A stretch of DNA of 64,000 nucleotides from Macrostomum lignano (GCA_002269645.1 NIVC01001050.1:183683-247682), one strand, 5' to 3'; numbered from the stretch's first letter, positions 12,081 through 25,723 are shown. The notes: generated by a model not told the origin, from the sequence alone. Program-made: numbers and translations.

Positions 12081-12655
12081 ATTTTGGCAAAACCACCGCT
12101 TTGATCCAAATAGCCCTAACCCATTGGTTTACATGTAGATACTCCAGTTGTATGGGAAACCCAATCCCACTGATCTAGACAACCCATCCTATATTGATCA
12201 AGACCACCAATTCATCAAGACGACCCTACTCGACCCTAACCCCAGCCTACAAGGCATTGTTATGAGTACAAAACTAAAGTATATTTTAAATCGTTCAACA
12301 AGCATAAGATTATAAGCCATCTCACCCAGCCTCGAACAATCACAATGGGAGCAATGTGGCAGCAGAGCAGTTCGGAGCAACAACCGACAATGAGCCCCAG
12401 AGCCATAGCATTGCACTGCAGCACCGCCTTGGCAGCCAGTTCAGAGCAGAGAATCAACAGAAACGCTACGCGACATCGGACTGACTCAAAGCCGGTCAGA
12501 TGATGGTTGAGACAGTGACGTAATTCGGCTTTACCTGATACTTGAGGCAGGCTCATCTGCGATAGTTCACGGGCGACAGTCGTGATGACTCTGGGAGGCT
12601 CAAATCCATTATACTAAAAATGGTCTGTCGGTATCTATCTAGGTCTAATACGTAA

Positions 12656-13085
12656 AGGGGTCGGCAAACTCGAGCCCGCGAGCCCCATGCGGCCGGCAAA
12701 GCCTCTCTATCCGGCCCTCGGGTCCTGTGCAATTTCACAATAGCAATCCGGTCCACTCAAAGTTTTTGTCTCTTCTCAGCTCTCTTCTCTATAATCTCCT
12801 TTCTCTTCGCTTTTCTCTCCTCTCCTATTCTTTTTATTCTCCTCTATTCTTATCTCCTTTATTCCCTCGCATCACCTTTCTCCTTTCTCTTTTCCCTTTA
12901 TTACCTCTCCTCCCTCCCTCCTCTGGACCGCAATCATGCGCTAGGTTATTTATCTGGCTTATTTATTTATCTATCTAGGTCTATCTTTATTTATCTATAT
13001 AAATATCTTGTCTATCTTGTCTATCTTGTCTATCTCTATTTATCTATCTCTTTATTTATCTAGGTAAAAATTTTGCCGGCCTCTG
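12656..13085 (+). mobile_element. hAT (Charlie-like) MITE, copy 2
   Basis: AAGGGGTCGGCAAACT...TTTTGCCGGCCTCTG with the same internal core as copies 1 and 3. No TSD seen. Confidence 0.65.
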
Positions 13086-13211
13086 CTATTCAAGTGCAAT
13101 TTCGTGCGTGTCCACATAGTATCCGTGTGCATGCTCAGGGGTCAGCAGAATGGACATGTACATGTATAACTGTTTGCCTCTTTGCTGGTTTGCGCAGTTG
13201 CAGCGCCATGT

Positions 13212-14612
13212 CTACAGTAGGGCCCGCTCGAGCCCTTCCCTGAACATCCAGCTCAGCCTCACCTCCCGAGCCCTCCTAGCGGCCGCGCCGCCAGCCCAGG
13301 TGGCGCCGAACTCGTCCGCAAATCTGGCCAGTTTCCGCGCCAACCATCGAGTCTTGTCAGCGGCAGTGAGACCGCTGCTGACTTCCGGCTGGGGGCACCT
13401 GAGGCATAGTTATAGTCATAGCTTTTACTTATAGCTAGTTTTAGTTATAGCCATATTGGCTTGGATTTGTTCGGTAAATTTTGTAATTAAACCTTTGCCT
13501 TGTCGCCCGGAACAAGTAAAAGTAGTCTTAGCATGCCCAAATCGAAAAAGAAATTTTAAATGGGGAATGTTGCTCTTGCCTTATATTTGGCTACAGTTCC
13601 GTATTTAACTTAGTAGTTCCACTGTTTACCTGTATCCGCTCTATAAGAAATTTAGATTGAGTGCCGGGGCCACAATAAATACTCAAATGTACATTGTTGA
13701 CGCTCACTTCAAGCCTAAAATACTCAGTTTTAAGTCTAGTCTGTCTTGATGCTAATTTTGAAGCCTAAACGCCCCTTTTTGTGGCTTAGAAGCAGAGAAG
13801 CTAATTTTAGCCGTGTGCTGCGTAGGTGAGGGGGCTTAAGAAGAAAATAGTCGTAAATTTGTAAATTCATATCTTTCACGACCTTACTGGCTTCAGTTTA
13901 TTCCATGGCTCTATAGGTCATGGGGCAGCTGCTAAGGCCATGGTTCAATTCAAAATCAAAGGAAAGCTGGTGAGACGCCAATTCCCAAAGGGGAGATGCC
14001 AAAATAGGCTGAAAAGGAAAGCTGATGACTTAGACAGGAAATCGTGACATCAGTGATAGCAAATGATATCTTTGTTTTACACAATCGACATCCAAGAAGC
14101 CAAAACAAATAGTTTTTTTAATTAATCGTTCATTGGGTGCCTCCCCAGAGGGGGGTTGTTATTGCTAGTCCACGTATACTAAAACAAAACTAAATTTTAG
14201 CTCACCAGCCATCCCAGTCACAGTTGGCTTGCCGCATCATAAACAACGCCCTCTCTCGCACATCAGCGTTCATACTACTCAGCCGCTGCAACAGCATCAG
14301 TCTTAGGCTAAGCTTAGCTATATCCGCGCTGCGTTTCTCAACAGATCGAACTTGACTGACAGTGCGAGACTGCGGCTGACTTGACGGTGTTCGCACGCGC
14401 AGCTGGGTCAGATTAAACGCCGAACTCCAAACCGACCCAGCAGTGCCGTCATTGTCATTGGTGACACTGGACATGCTGCTGTTATTCGCATAGGTGGTGC
14501 TGCGCAATCGACGACGCTTGAGTAGTAGGCTGCCTGACTGATTAGCAGGACTCGGCCTGTCTGGTGATACGCGAGCCTGAGTACTGTTGTTGTTTCCATT
14601 TGTTTCAGACAT
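13212..14612 (-). CDS. Two-exon 197-aa protein with BH3-like motif (candidate BH3-only protein)
   Basis: Exon 1 14612-14206 (ATG; ends TG|gtgag) and exon 2 13398-13212 (cctcag|G) splice in phase. Reads MSETNGNNN...CDWDGW|CPQPEVSSGLTAADKTRWLARKLARFADEFGATWAGGAAARRAREVRLSWMFREGLERALL*. TATATAAATA lies about 110 bp upstream. Gene model well supported; function inferred. Confidence 0.7.
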
Positions 14613-14720
14613 TGCTCCGGTTATGCCTGACTATTTATTGCAAGTCATGCGAGTTTAAAAGATTTCAAGTGTTTTGAAAGCACAGCTTCTCTAGCTCTCT
14701 GCCCTAGACTAGTTCGATCT

Positions 14721-14730
14721 TATTTATATA
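14721..14730 (-). promoter_or_regulatory. TATA-like box upstream of the BH3-motif gene
   Basis: Minus strand TATATAAATA about 110 bp before ATG 14612. Confidence 0.4.
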
Positions 14731-15337
14731 CGAGCGTATGTATGCACGTGCTTTGCTAGGAGGAGGGGTGGGCGCGGGGTTGAGACTTGACTGATGCTAT
14801 TTTTAGCACTCGAAAACCCTGAGACCTGAGATACGGGATAAGAGTGGGGGTATGATCTAAAAAAAGAACTAATGTGATCATTTGTTAATTTAGCTCTAGC
14901 CGGTTTATATGTGCACTCGCACTCGCTAGCTATGCCAGATAGATATGGTGAGCTGAATTGAAAATTATACTAGTGACGCGATGTTCTCTTATGAATGTCG
15001 TCAACAAAGCATGACACTAATGTTCCTAAATACATGTACGTTTCCACGACAGCAGCAGCAGTTCAGCGACTGTAAAGTAAGGCACTGCACCGAGGGTAAC
15101 AACCAACAGAAACAGCAATGCGAAAAACAAACAAACAGCAGCAGCAGTGTTGTCTCTCAGTCTGTAAAGAAGCCACTTAAACGGATCAATCAATTGGACA
15201 TCGCATTACTAATGCAAGTAATAACAAAACTAGTATATATGACAAAACAAAATAACAAAACTTTGTCATTATCATACAAAACTAGTATGACAATCGACAA
15301 AACTTAGTAATGACAAAACTACGAGTGTATAGAAGAA

Positions 15338-15527
<190 letters not shown>

Positions 15528-15988
15528 ATGAAAAATCCGCTCTGCATGTCACAACATGCCATGAGTTGGATTTCCCTATCTCTTTCCAGGCCCAATAGTC
15601 CTCTCAACACCCCTTTAGCCAGACTATTTTTCACCCGCAGACAAAAACAAAGAGTCGAAACAAACAGCTGCCGAGTCCAAGGCAATAAAAATGCGGACAG
15701 AAGACACGCCTGTACAGACAGAGGGTCCGTAATTTGTCTCGGGTGACAAATAGTGCAAACAGGACCCAGTTAAGCCAAGCCAAACCGATCTGCAGAACTT
15801 GTAAAGTCCGCTCTGCACTTAATTAGATCCGCTACTAAAATGTGGGTCTAGATAGGAAATTTGGAACAGCAAGGTAAACAAGCGATAGCAAAATTCAAAA
15901 TTTGTGAAAAAACCAAATCCACAATTTACTTAAATGACAATCTGGACCGAATTAATATCCTGGCCTTGTGTTATAAAGTTAAAATACA

Positions 15989-16066
15989 CTACGAAAATTA
16001 ACTTAATCTGAAAAGCTGACTTCTACGAAAATTAACTTAATCTGAAAAGCTGACTTCTACGAAAAT
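15989..16066. repeat. 34-bp tandem duplication (x2.3)
   Basis: CTACGAAAATTAACTTAATCTGAAAAGCTGACTT at 15989 and 16023, partial copy at 16057. Confidence 0.9.
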
Positions 16067-16695
16067 CTGTGTCTGTGTGTCTGTCTGTCTGTGTGTGTGT
16101 CTGTGTGTCTGTCTGTCTGTCTGTGTGTCTGTGTGTCTGTCTGTGTGTCTGTGTATCTGTGTCTGTCTGTATTAGTGTCTGTCTGTCTGTGTGTCTGTCT
16201 GTCTGTCTGTGTGTCTGTCTGTCCGTCTGTGTGTCTGTCTGTCCGTCTGTGTGTCTGTCTGTGTGTCTGTGTGTCTGTCTGTGTGTCTGTCTGTCTGTCT
16301 GTGTGTCTGTGTGTCTGTCTGTGTGTCTGTCTGTCCGTCTGTGTGTCTGTCTGTGTGTCTGTGTGTCTGTCTGTGTGTCTGTCTGTCTGTCTGTCTGTGT
16401 GTCTGTCTGTCTGTCTGTCTCTCTGTCTGTCTGTCTGTCTGTCAGTCTGTCTGTCTGTCTGTCTGTGTGTCTGTCTGTCTGTCTGTGTGTCTGTCTGTCC
16501 GTCTGTGTGTCTGTCTGTGTGTCTTTGTGTCTGTCTGTGTGTCTGTCTGTCCGTCTGTGTGTCTGTCTGTCCGTCTGTGTGTCTGTCTGTGTGTCTGTCT
16601 GTCCGTCTGTGTGTCTGTCTGTGTGTCTGTGTGTCTGTCTGTGTGTCTGTCTGTCCGTCTGTGTGTCTGTCTGTGTGTCTGTCTGTCTGTCTGTG

Positions 16696-16727
<32 letters not shown>

Positions 16728-16768
16728 AGTCTGTCTGTCTGTCTGTCTGTGTGTCTGTCTGTCTGTCT
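16067..16768. repeat. Compound (CTGT)n/(GT)n microsatellite
   Basis: Direct inspection. Confidence 0.97.
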
Positions 16769-17192
16769 ACTTGCCCGTAGTAGAAAAGCTTGTTAACTAG
16801 TAGAATCCAACTCGGTGAAAAAATTGTTCAATGTAATTCAAAATAGAATTCGCGGGTCACCCAGTGACTGGACAGTGTTACCACCGGAAGTGTCACTCCT
16901 CACTATAGTTGGCCACACCCAGAACGCCCAGTCTAGTCACGCAAAGGAGTCATTTTGAGAAATGTTATGATGTTACTATGCATTATTAAAATTTTTATAA
17001 GCTATTATTTTCATACCAATTAGGCTTGTAAAGAAAAAATTAATAAGCACATCTAGGCAACGGGCTTTGGCGTGTCGCATTTTTTTGTGATGAGCTAGCA
17101 GCTCAACGCTTAGTTGCTTGTTAAATTACGAATATACATATTATCGCTGTTTGCTTGCACTTACCTGGATCAGATTTCTTTGGCACTGGGCC

Positions 17193-17940
<748 letters not shown>

Positions 17941-18439
17941 GCTAAAACAAACATAAGTAAGCACGCAATCAAAGGGCGTGACCGCGAGGTCGAGCTTAGT
18001 GAGTAATACGCCGGTTTCAGTGTTAGTTTTCAATTCAGCACAGAATTTAATGAGAGGAAAGCTGCCCCAGCAAGTCCACTTTGGCGTGGCGAAGTCCGGC
18101 GGCTCAGGTTTCTAATTTCATGATATGTCTTGGAACGCTATGCATAGAATTGAGGCCTGGAGCATAGATATCCAGTTTTCGAAATTCTAGTATGTCTGCC
18201 TGAGGAGATGAGGAACTATCATTATTTTAAACTATTCAGTAGACTTGGTGGTCTGGAATCCGAAACGGAAATACTTTCGTTGAGCAACAAAATTGTTTGG
18301 AACTTCTCTGAAGCTTAGTCACATGTGCTGGCTGCCGCTGTTTTTAATACGCCACATATACTACTGCACCGCTATCTGCATGATACAACGGTTTGAATTA
18401 ATGAAGAGCAAAATAACACTGCGACCTTATGTTTACACC

Positions 18440-18838
18440 CAGATGCTGAGTGGCACTCCTCAGATGCTGAGTGACACTCCTCAGATGCTGAGTGGCCACT
18501 CCTCAGATGCTGAGTGACACTCCTCAGATGCTGAGTAGCACTCCTCAGATACTGAGTAGCACCCCTCAGATACGGAGTGACACTCCTCAGATACTGAGTA
18601 GCACTCCTCAGATACTGAGTGGCCACTCCTCAGATACTGAGTAGCACTCCTCAGATACTGAGTGGCCACTCCTCAGATACTGAGTAGCACTCCTCAGATA
18701 CTGAGTGGCCACTCCTCAGATACTGAGTAGCACTCCTCAGATACTGAGTGGCCACTCCTCAGATACTGAGTAGCACTCCTCAGATACTGAGTGGCCACTC
18801 CTCAGATACTGAGTAGCACTCCTCAGATACTGAGTGGC
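18440..18838. repeat. 21/22-bp minisatellite with internal palindrome (CACTCCTCAGATACTGAGTAG/TGGC)
   Basis: Each unit contains CTCAG-ATA-CTGAG; 21- and 22-nt units alternate in the 3' part. Confidence 0.95.
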
Positions 18839-19483
18839 ATTATTAAGCCGGTCATCATTGCCCAACTCTAACAATATTACTACCGTATATACATTGGCAA
18901 TTTTGAGCGCGCCATATTAATATTGCTAGCATCTAAACCTCGTTAAACGCCCACTACGCGCCTAGTGCCAATAACGATGCTAACTGATGCATTTCACGCT
19001 ACCTTACCCTAGCCTCCCATGCTTAAATCAATTGATATACATAGATGATTTTGACTCCTAGCATTGTCTCAGAAAAGTTTAAAAAATTCATAGGCAAAAT
19101 TTCTGCCCATGCCTGGCTAAAAGCCATCGGCTGTTGTTTGAACGACGTGGGTGGAACGGAGTTAGCTATAGACTTGATGGATGCTGAAATATTTTATGGG
19201 TAAATTTATTTCCTGAAATTTTCCTATAACCACTGGAGGTCTGCATTAGGTCTTAACAGTCGAGTTGCATGGGCAATTTATTTATCCAATTTACACGAAG
19301 GTAGCATGTGCTTTAGTCCGAGGGTGTCTTTTATAATTTTATCGACTGCAGGTGTTTTTGTCTGAGGAGTAACGACTTTCTACTTTTAGTTGACGGATAC
19401 TTAAAGTTTTTTTTCTCAGTTCGCTCATCAGCATCTGTTAAACTTCATAACGAATTTATCGCTAAGTAGGGCTTAACCGACGT

Positions 19484-19834
19484 TCACTGGAACGGGTCGA
19501 CGCACTCGCACAGAGTTTTGTTGGCGTAGACTGAGACAGATGCGACATCGTTCACGCCGATGGTTTGTCCGTAAACGCTCGACCAGATGTTGGCTTTAGG
19601 GCCGTCGCCGTCTGGTTGGCCAGGAGTCCAGATGTTCGTGTTGCAGGCCTCCCAGACCCAGATGGAGTCACCAATCCTGTAGCCGCCAATAAAGTAGGCG
19701 ATGTCGTGATTGAGATGAGTCTTGATCCAGTGAAAGTGGACGGTCTCGTTTAAATCGTTGGCGTCGGCAGCTTTCACGAGGCCCGGCTGCGAGTTGCACT
19801 TGGCCAGGCCGTCATTCCAGTCCGAGGAGTAGAG
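19484..19834 (-). CDS. C-type lectin domain exon (QPD, galactose-type motif), terminal exon
   Basis: LYSSDWNDGLAKC...YFIGGYRIGDSIWVW...WTPGQPDGDG...VNDV...LCEC: WIG-like, QPD and WND-like motifs plus terminal Cys. Acceptor CAG just above 19834; upstream exon not resolved. Confidence 0.8.
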   Translation of the reverse strand, partial: LYSSDWNDGLAKCNSQPGLVKAADANDLNETVHFHWIKTHLNHDIAYFIGGYRIGDSIWVWEACNTNIWTPGQPDGDGPKANIWSSVYGQTIGVNDVASVSVYANKTLCECVDPFQ

Positions 19835-20770
19835 CTGATGTGTTCCTTATTACCCGACTTCGGTAATCAAAGAACAATCACTTCTAGCTCAACAGCTAGG
19901 CAACCCAGTTAGTCAAACGAAAGTATTCAATTACCTTGACTTCTTATGAGATATCTCTCCTTCTTTGAGTCCTTCGTAGATCTCGTGTAGATCTCGATCT
20001 GTAGTTCAGGCCTGAATTCGACTCGACTTGTAGTACTGGTCCGAGTTTCTCTTTTCTTCTTTTGCCGGCCGGTATCTGTCGTTCGGACCAATAAGAAGCT
20101 TCCAAATTAACAATGGGTACCCTGCGCCAAACTGCGGTTTAATATAAGCCTACTCCTTCTAGCAGTGCCTCTATGCACTCTAGGTATAGCTCCGGAAACC
20201 ACTGATAGTCTTCTAAGATCTATCAGGGGCAGTCCTTCTGGAGACTGCAACCAGTAGAGTCTAAACAGACTCAGGAGTCTCAACAGACTCAAACTAAACT
20301 CCAACGAGACGTCTCAAAACACAGGCGCAAATGAGTAAGGCTTACCGCAAGAACTCGACGAGTCTTCTGTAGGAAGTCCTGTAGTGGCTTCCTCTTCGGA
20401 GCTCTTCTCCTTCTGGAGGAATTGTGGCTCCGGGTCCGTTCCGGACCACTTGTATTTATAGGCGTTCAGACCTCTCTCGAGGTCGTACATCACTGTCTTC
20501 GCAAATGTCAAAGGGTCACGATTCGGTGGCTGTCAAGCATGACAGGGTAGAAAGTTGCGCAACTAGTCTACTGTAAAAGCGCATGATTGGTTACCGTAGC
20601 TGGTAGACTTTGATTGGTTCATCCGGGTGCAACCCGAGTGCAAACCAAATGATGACTTGAAGGTGGGGTTTGAATTGACAGTTGTTGGTCGCACGTGATT
20701 GGGTGATTTCTAAAATTAGCATGCTCGAGATTTCTCTCTTTCTATTGGTTAATTCGAATATATGTATGGT

Positions 20771-21259
20771 TCAGCGCATATCCTTATACATGCTCCTCAA
20801 ATTACTACTATTTAAGTAGTACGTTAACAATTTTAAATAACTTTTCTGGGAGATATAATACTCTACAGAGCAGCTTGTAGACTGACGTGCCGTGCTTTTG
20901 TCCGTAGCTGCTGGGACACAACTGCCCGTCGGGCAAGCCATTGTATTTTTTACGTAGGCGCGCACGGTAGGGCAGGGCCCGATCGTGGTGGCGAAGTTGC
21001 TGCATCTGTCGAACAAGAACAGCTGGCAGAGTCTGCTTTCCGGCAGAAGCCTGAAGCCCTGGCAACGATCAAAAGCCGAGCAACGAAACGAGCATTCGCG
21101 TTCTCGACCAGGTTTAAGTTCCAGTTCGAGCAGGTGCTCCGGCTCCAGGCAGAGGCGAATGTCTCTCAGGGTGAACTTTGCCGCTTCGAAGCAACTCACC
21201 AGGTTTGTTGCTTTTAAAAGCAACAGTAGCAACAGTAGGGAGTAGTTGATCGGAGGCAT
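20771..21259 (-). CDS. Signal peptide + PAN/Apple-like domain; probably the 5' exon of the lectin gene
   Basis: MPPINYSLLLLLLLLKATNLVSC then ECSFRCSAFDRCQGFRLLPESRLCQLF (CxxxC...C-x-x-F...C-x-L pattern). Possible donor GTCAGT at 20886-20881. Link to the 19834 exon unproven. Confidence 0.65.
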   Translation of the reverse strand: MPPINYSLLLLLLLLKATNLVSCFEAAKFTLRDIRLCLEPEHLLELELKPGRERECSFRCSAFDRCQGFRLLPESRLCQLFLFDRCSNFATTIGPCPTVRAYVKNTMACPTGSCVPAATDKSTARQSTSCSVEYYISQKSYLKLLTYYLNSSNLRSMYKDMR

Positions 21260-21615
21260 GAGGCTAGGAGCATAGGACAGGACTGTATTGCGACTTGGAG
21301 AGCGCGGAAGCTGTGAAAATTTTGTCAGTATATTTATATCGATTTTTTGGATAGCCAACCGTCTCCAAGAGCAACACGTGCGTGGGCAGGCTAGATACAT
21401 GTAGGATTGGTCTGCTCATCCATCGGTATCCCTCGTTGCAAACCGCACATTAGCCAGCAACCTCCCCAGCCTTTCTTCTCAGTCAATGCTCTTCGATCTC
21501 TGCATGCTATTCTTGAGGGCGATAGTAATTTATTGGAATACAAAGAAGATTGGCCGATAAAAAATATCAATGAGTCAGTTGACTTACAGTCCCTGTAAAG
21601 TGACTCGATGTCAGA

Positions 21616-22065
21616 GACATCCGCTGACGGTTTTCGGCATATATCGACGCTGTTGGAAAACGGAGATTTTTACATTACACCGATTGTCATGCCGTAGTCA
21701 GAAATCAGAGGCAAGTTGGTTATGCTGAGATTCACGAGTTGTTATACCATCGAGCATCATATATATTTACATTGTAACACGCAAGTGGAGGGACAGGCAA
21801 CGTGTCGTGCTAAAACGAGATCTCATTCGTGTGCAACAATCTACAAGAGCTCACGCCGGGCACGCCCTTACACTATGAGTACAGTATTTGTACACTAAAC
21901 ATGTAGAGTTAGTCAACAGAAACGCATGGATCGTTAGCTCATCAAAAGTGACGCAACACAGCGGCGCCACACCGATGTTTAGCGGAAGCATTGGTGTAAT
22001 GTAAAAACACATTTGCCAGCAGCGTCCATCGACATCGGGACCGTCAGGCACGTCAGGCGGACGTC
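21616..22065. mobile_element. About 450-bp MITE/foldback element with long imperfect terminal inverted repeats
   Basis: Left GACATCCGCTGACGG...GACGCTGTTGG...TTTTTACATTACACCGAT matches the reverse complement of the right end (GACGTCCGCCTGACG...GACGCTGCTGG...TTTTTACATTACACCAAT). No clear TSD. Confidence 0.65.
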
Positions 22066-23027
22066 GGAATGTTGCACGGGAGTGAGTGAGTGGGTCGGTG
22101 AATGAGTCGATTGTATCTATTAATATCCATTGCTAAATTAGTCGATCATATTACTGGGCCAGAGTAAAGGAATGGATAAATAGTAGAAAAGCTTAATTTT
22201 TTCGCTTAAAACGTTTTCGCTGTATGTTTGACTAAATTAGACTTATTAAAAATAACTTTTGTTATCCTCAAATTGTTCTACTAACAAGTAGACACTGGAG
22301 CACATAAATAAATAGGAACTAAGCCATCTAACATTACTATATATAATAGCTTTGGCAAGAGTAAACCTGAAACTCAAATAGCTAATCAGTGCAGTAAACA
22401 GTGAGACAGTGCAGCTATGGAACGGTTCCACAAGTCGAGTGGACCATCCAGACAGAGTCCCTGCAGTTTACTGATGACACAAATGATGAATCAGCAGTTG
22501 CAAAGCTCAGTATAAGTACTGGCGTTTGGACACGGAGCTGGCTGGCTCAAAGCACTCACACCACTTGGCGTCTTCCACCCAGCGATTAATTAGTCTTTGC
22601 TCTCATCTCTGCCCCTTACATCTCTATCTATCTTCCCCACGCATGCGTAGAAGCGAGAGCAGCACGGGACAAATGTAAGCAAAACTGGCCGTGAAGCGGA
22701 GGATTTCCACCGGCAGAGTGAGGCGCATTAAATTATCCCTCCGCTTCCCTCTCTGTCGCCATCATGTCCCCCCTCCCCTGTCTCTTGCCTCTCCTACTCA
22801 AACGCCAAAAAATTCAGGGTCAAAGCCAATTGGTGTCGTCCACAGCTTTGCGTCTCTTCCCGGAGGACCGACTAAGGCCCGGCCACCCCAGCAGCTCCCG
22901 CGGTGGCACCCAATCAGAAGAGCGCGCTGGCAGGTTTTCTGGAGTGTCGTCAGTTCAGGACAAGTCCTGGCCTGTGACAGACGAGGAAGAAGCATTTTTA
23001 AAAATAGGATGCAGGCAATGAGCCGCT

Positions 23028-23231
23028 GTGCTGCCTTTTTGCCTATTTGTGTTCTTGTACGCTCCCGGAGACTGGAACAGGTGGTTGGCTAATCTGCTAA
23101 AGCCTCTAATTAAGCTGTTTTGTGTAACGAATCTCTGCAATGCAAGTTGTAACCTTGCTCTTTACACTTTCACACTTTGCCGTCCACAGTTGCCGATATT
23201 AGATCTACAACTTTCAACGCATTTTTGCTGA
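23028..23231 (+). pseudogene. Possible degenerate GPCR fragment (TM6-TM7-like)
   Basis: VLPFCLFVFLYAPG (TM6-like) and NLCNASCNLALY (peptide-receptor NSxxNxxxY-like). In-frame stop just upstream; no other TMs found. Confidence 0.25.
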
Positions 23232-23308
23232 GAACTTGTCCAAGAGCTGGTGAGGGGTGAGTCCGTCTGACTAACTTTACGCTTCTCATCTGAATACCTC
23301 CATATCTT

Positions 23309-23326
23309 TCTGTCTGTCTGTCTGTG

Positions 23327-23381
<55 letters not shown>

Positions 23382-23487
23382 GTGTCTGTCTGTCTGTCTG
23401 TGTGTCTGTCTGTCTGTCTGTCTGTGTGTCTGTCTGTGTGTCTGTCTGTCTGTCTGTCTGTGTGTCTGTCTGTCTGTCTGTCCGTCT
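23309..23487. repeat. (CTGT)n/(GT)n microsatellite
   Basis: Direct inspection. Confidence 0.95.
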
Positions 23488-25723
23488 CTCTGTGGTGTCA
23501 CTCTGTTTTTTTTTCTAGTGTGCTTCTTTCTTGTCATAGTTACATTCTTCCCGCCTTATTGCCTCCTGACTGTCTCTCACTCGTTACATCTCTCTACATT
23601 TGCTTTCTTCGTTTGTAACTCAGTCAGTTTGTTGCAAGTTTCCCCCAGAAGGTGTGGAGATGGATTCCTGGCCGAGTTCCGTAGTCATTTGCTTCGGCTT
23701 TCAAAGCTGTATGCTGCCACGAGGCCCAATTGAGTCTACAGAAGTTCCGACACGCAAAGCGCCGATCCAAAAGAGAAAAAAACTCTATAGCAAAAATTCA
23801 CTATCATCCGTCTCTTTGCCTGCGAATCTGTTGATAGAGCCTACGATTCTATGTCCAGATTCTAGGTTCGAAATCATTCGCTACATCATTCAATCCCTCT
23901 GTTTTCTTGTCAATTCCTGATGTCTTTCGGACAGATGTGCGTGGATAACGGATTGGGCATAAGCACGTCAACGCTGTAGTTTGGCATAGGGGTCGCCGAG
24001 CAGCTTCCCAGAGTTATCCCAAAATTTAGTGGAATTGTCATCGGCTTGCTTACAGAGGCATTCAACAGAAGCAGGTGAGCAGGAGGGCCCTGTATTGGGA
24101 CTAGGGGAGAGATATTTATTATTACCATCAGTTTATTGCGTTCCCCATATTTCCTCTCCCGTTTCATTTACCTCTAAGCTGATTTTGTTAAAAATAGGCT
24201 AAATCCTGGATGCCCGGTCGCTGTAGTCTCTGTTCCGTACAGTAAGTTGCTGCGTTTTTGTTTGTGTCTGCAAGGCCCTAAAAACCGAAACGGTTCGTTT
24301 TAAGTCAGGATACGACTAGCTTGAATGTTTGGAGTCGCCACTGGCTCTAACGCTCGCCTGTAATTGCCTCTGACACAGGCCGTGCTCTCTCCCTCGCCAA
24401 TCCATGCGTGTCGCCGCTGTCACTTGCCTAACAGACCCTGGCTAGGAGTGAGGCAAGAAATAACACTAGCAACCAAAATGGGCTCGCACCTCTCTGCTAA
24501 CCATGCGGAGCGATCAATACGCTGCGAATGGGTTCTCTAGCCCGCCCCCTTCTCGCCACTAGCTCCCCCTTATTAAAGACGTCCAGCAGCCCTCCCCTCC
24601 CCAAAAAAAGTTGCTGTAAGCTGTTTGCAACGAGATCTGGCTGATCTCAGCTGCCTAGCAGACCCCGATGATAGATAAGAGTACATTTCACCGCATCTCT
24701 GTATTGGACTTACCTCCCCCTGTAATTCCTTTCTAACGATTCCCGTTCCGCCTCTCCCTGCATCGGCTCTGAACAAGTCGTTTTTTTAATCCTCTGGAGG
24801 AAATGATGCTCAAAAAGGGGAAATTTCTGAGGACCAGTCCAATATCATTGCTCGATCTTTATGCTAGAAAGGCCGGGTCGAAGCTTCCTTTAGTGAAATT
24901 TGGTTTTAGCTCAAGCTAGCCTTAGGAACATGAACTTTCAATTTCACTGACTTATGAGATGCTATGGCATACATGAGCTTATATATCTGAAATTAAAAGG
25001 GCCAAACTAGCATGTCAGTAAATCTCAGGCTTATCGAAAAACTATGAGAACTAAAAATAATTCTGGCTGATTTTTATTCTGTTTATTGACTTGAAGAATT
25101 GACTTTTTATCGGCTTTGACCCCATCTACACTCATCTTGCACCGTCATGTCTGTTTAGCACGCTATTTACTGTTCCTGTATTCACAGCATATAACATGTC
25201 ACCAAGGCACAAAATTCAAGATGGAGCGATAAAATTTTATGGAACAAAGAGCAATGATGTCAAATGTCCAATCCGAACTTTTGAGCTGTTGCAGATTCTG
25301 GAGAATAGCAGTTTTTATGGTTGCAGGGTGGCTTGCTCTGAAAATCATGACCGACTTCCCCCCCCCCCCAAGCTGGTGTACCGACCTTAGGGCTGAAAAA
25401 AATCCACAGCGAACCAACCCGTATGGCCATCTGGCAGGGGCTTATTATTTTTCTCCTGTCGCGATATTAATTTCATCGATTTGTCCGATAGTGAGGAGAT
25501 CGAGGGGGACAGGATCGAGAGGACGTCAAGAAATAATGGAGCTCTGCGGAGACCAGAATGCACAGTTCAGCTCCGTATGCAGCCTGAGAGCTCACCGGCT
25601 TTTTCAGCTTGTTTTTTTTTCTCGACAACTTAGGGTGCATTGGTTCTCAAGAAAACTAGCGATTAATGAATCAGTCTGTCTGTCCGTGCTTGCTAGCACA
25701 CTAAAACAATATGCCCTAGTAGA

